From a virus: DNA of 64,000 nt. The stretch is from IMG/VR virus record IMGVR_UViG_3300010397_000005, positions 1 through 64,000 of that record; one strand, 5' to 3'. Position 1 is the first letter of the stretch. Every line of letters starts with the position of its first letter. Below the pieces are notes generated by a model. It did not search any database. It was not told the origin of the DNA and saw only the letters and a program-made list of their open reading frames with translations. Of the stretch, positions 63,829 to 64,000 are shown one piece after another. Made by a program: the position numbers and the translations under genes.

Positions 63829-64000
63829 GTTGGGAAGGTGCAATACATAGCGAGAGACAGTCAGGTGAAATTGTTCGCTTGCGTGTTGAACTTGAACGCG
63901 CCTACCAGCAAATCAAGCGATTGGAACAAAAATTAGGCGAATCTGGCCCCGGTTTTTACCAGTGTGAGTCAATGGATAGTTCCAGTCCTTATTGGATGCA

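Overview
A 64 kb stretch of a tailed dsDNA (siphovirus-like) phage or prophage of moderately high GC. No host chromosomal genes, rRNA, canonical tRNA, integrase, endolysin, capsid gene or CRISPR array were recognised. Layout: (1) 1-15.5 kb, + strand: tail chaperone end with a -1 slippery site, tape measure, tail-tip genes, a beta-helix/SH3 protein, and a lysis-position cluster that includes a FixL-like PAS protein. (2) 15.5-22.8 kb, - strand: MTase, HNH, RusA, SSB-like, AAA_24 ATPase and Cas4/AddB-like nuclease. (3) 22.9-26.6 kb: HTH, D5-type helicase, a two-fold symmetric 12-iteron origin and a PIF1-like helicase. (4) 26.6-40.9 kb, - strand: many small early genes behind strong sigma70-type promoters, with a boxA-like/long-stem leader. 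(5) 41-64 kb: widely dispersed packaging genes (TerS-like, TerL, intein-containing portal) interleaved with RmlC, an IleRS-type Zn finger, EndoVII, a tRNA-like RNA, a 1457-aa repeat fibre, a glycosyltransferase-methyltransferase fusion and a fibre adaptor. The best candidates for undescribed biology are a repeat-fibre plus virion-glycosylation module, a heme-PAS sensor coupled to a membrane protein at the lysis position, a 17-aa peptide that copies the TerL C-terminus, and the early-leader RNA structure. All family calls come from motif recognition by eye; no database searches were run.
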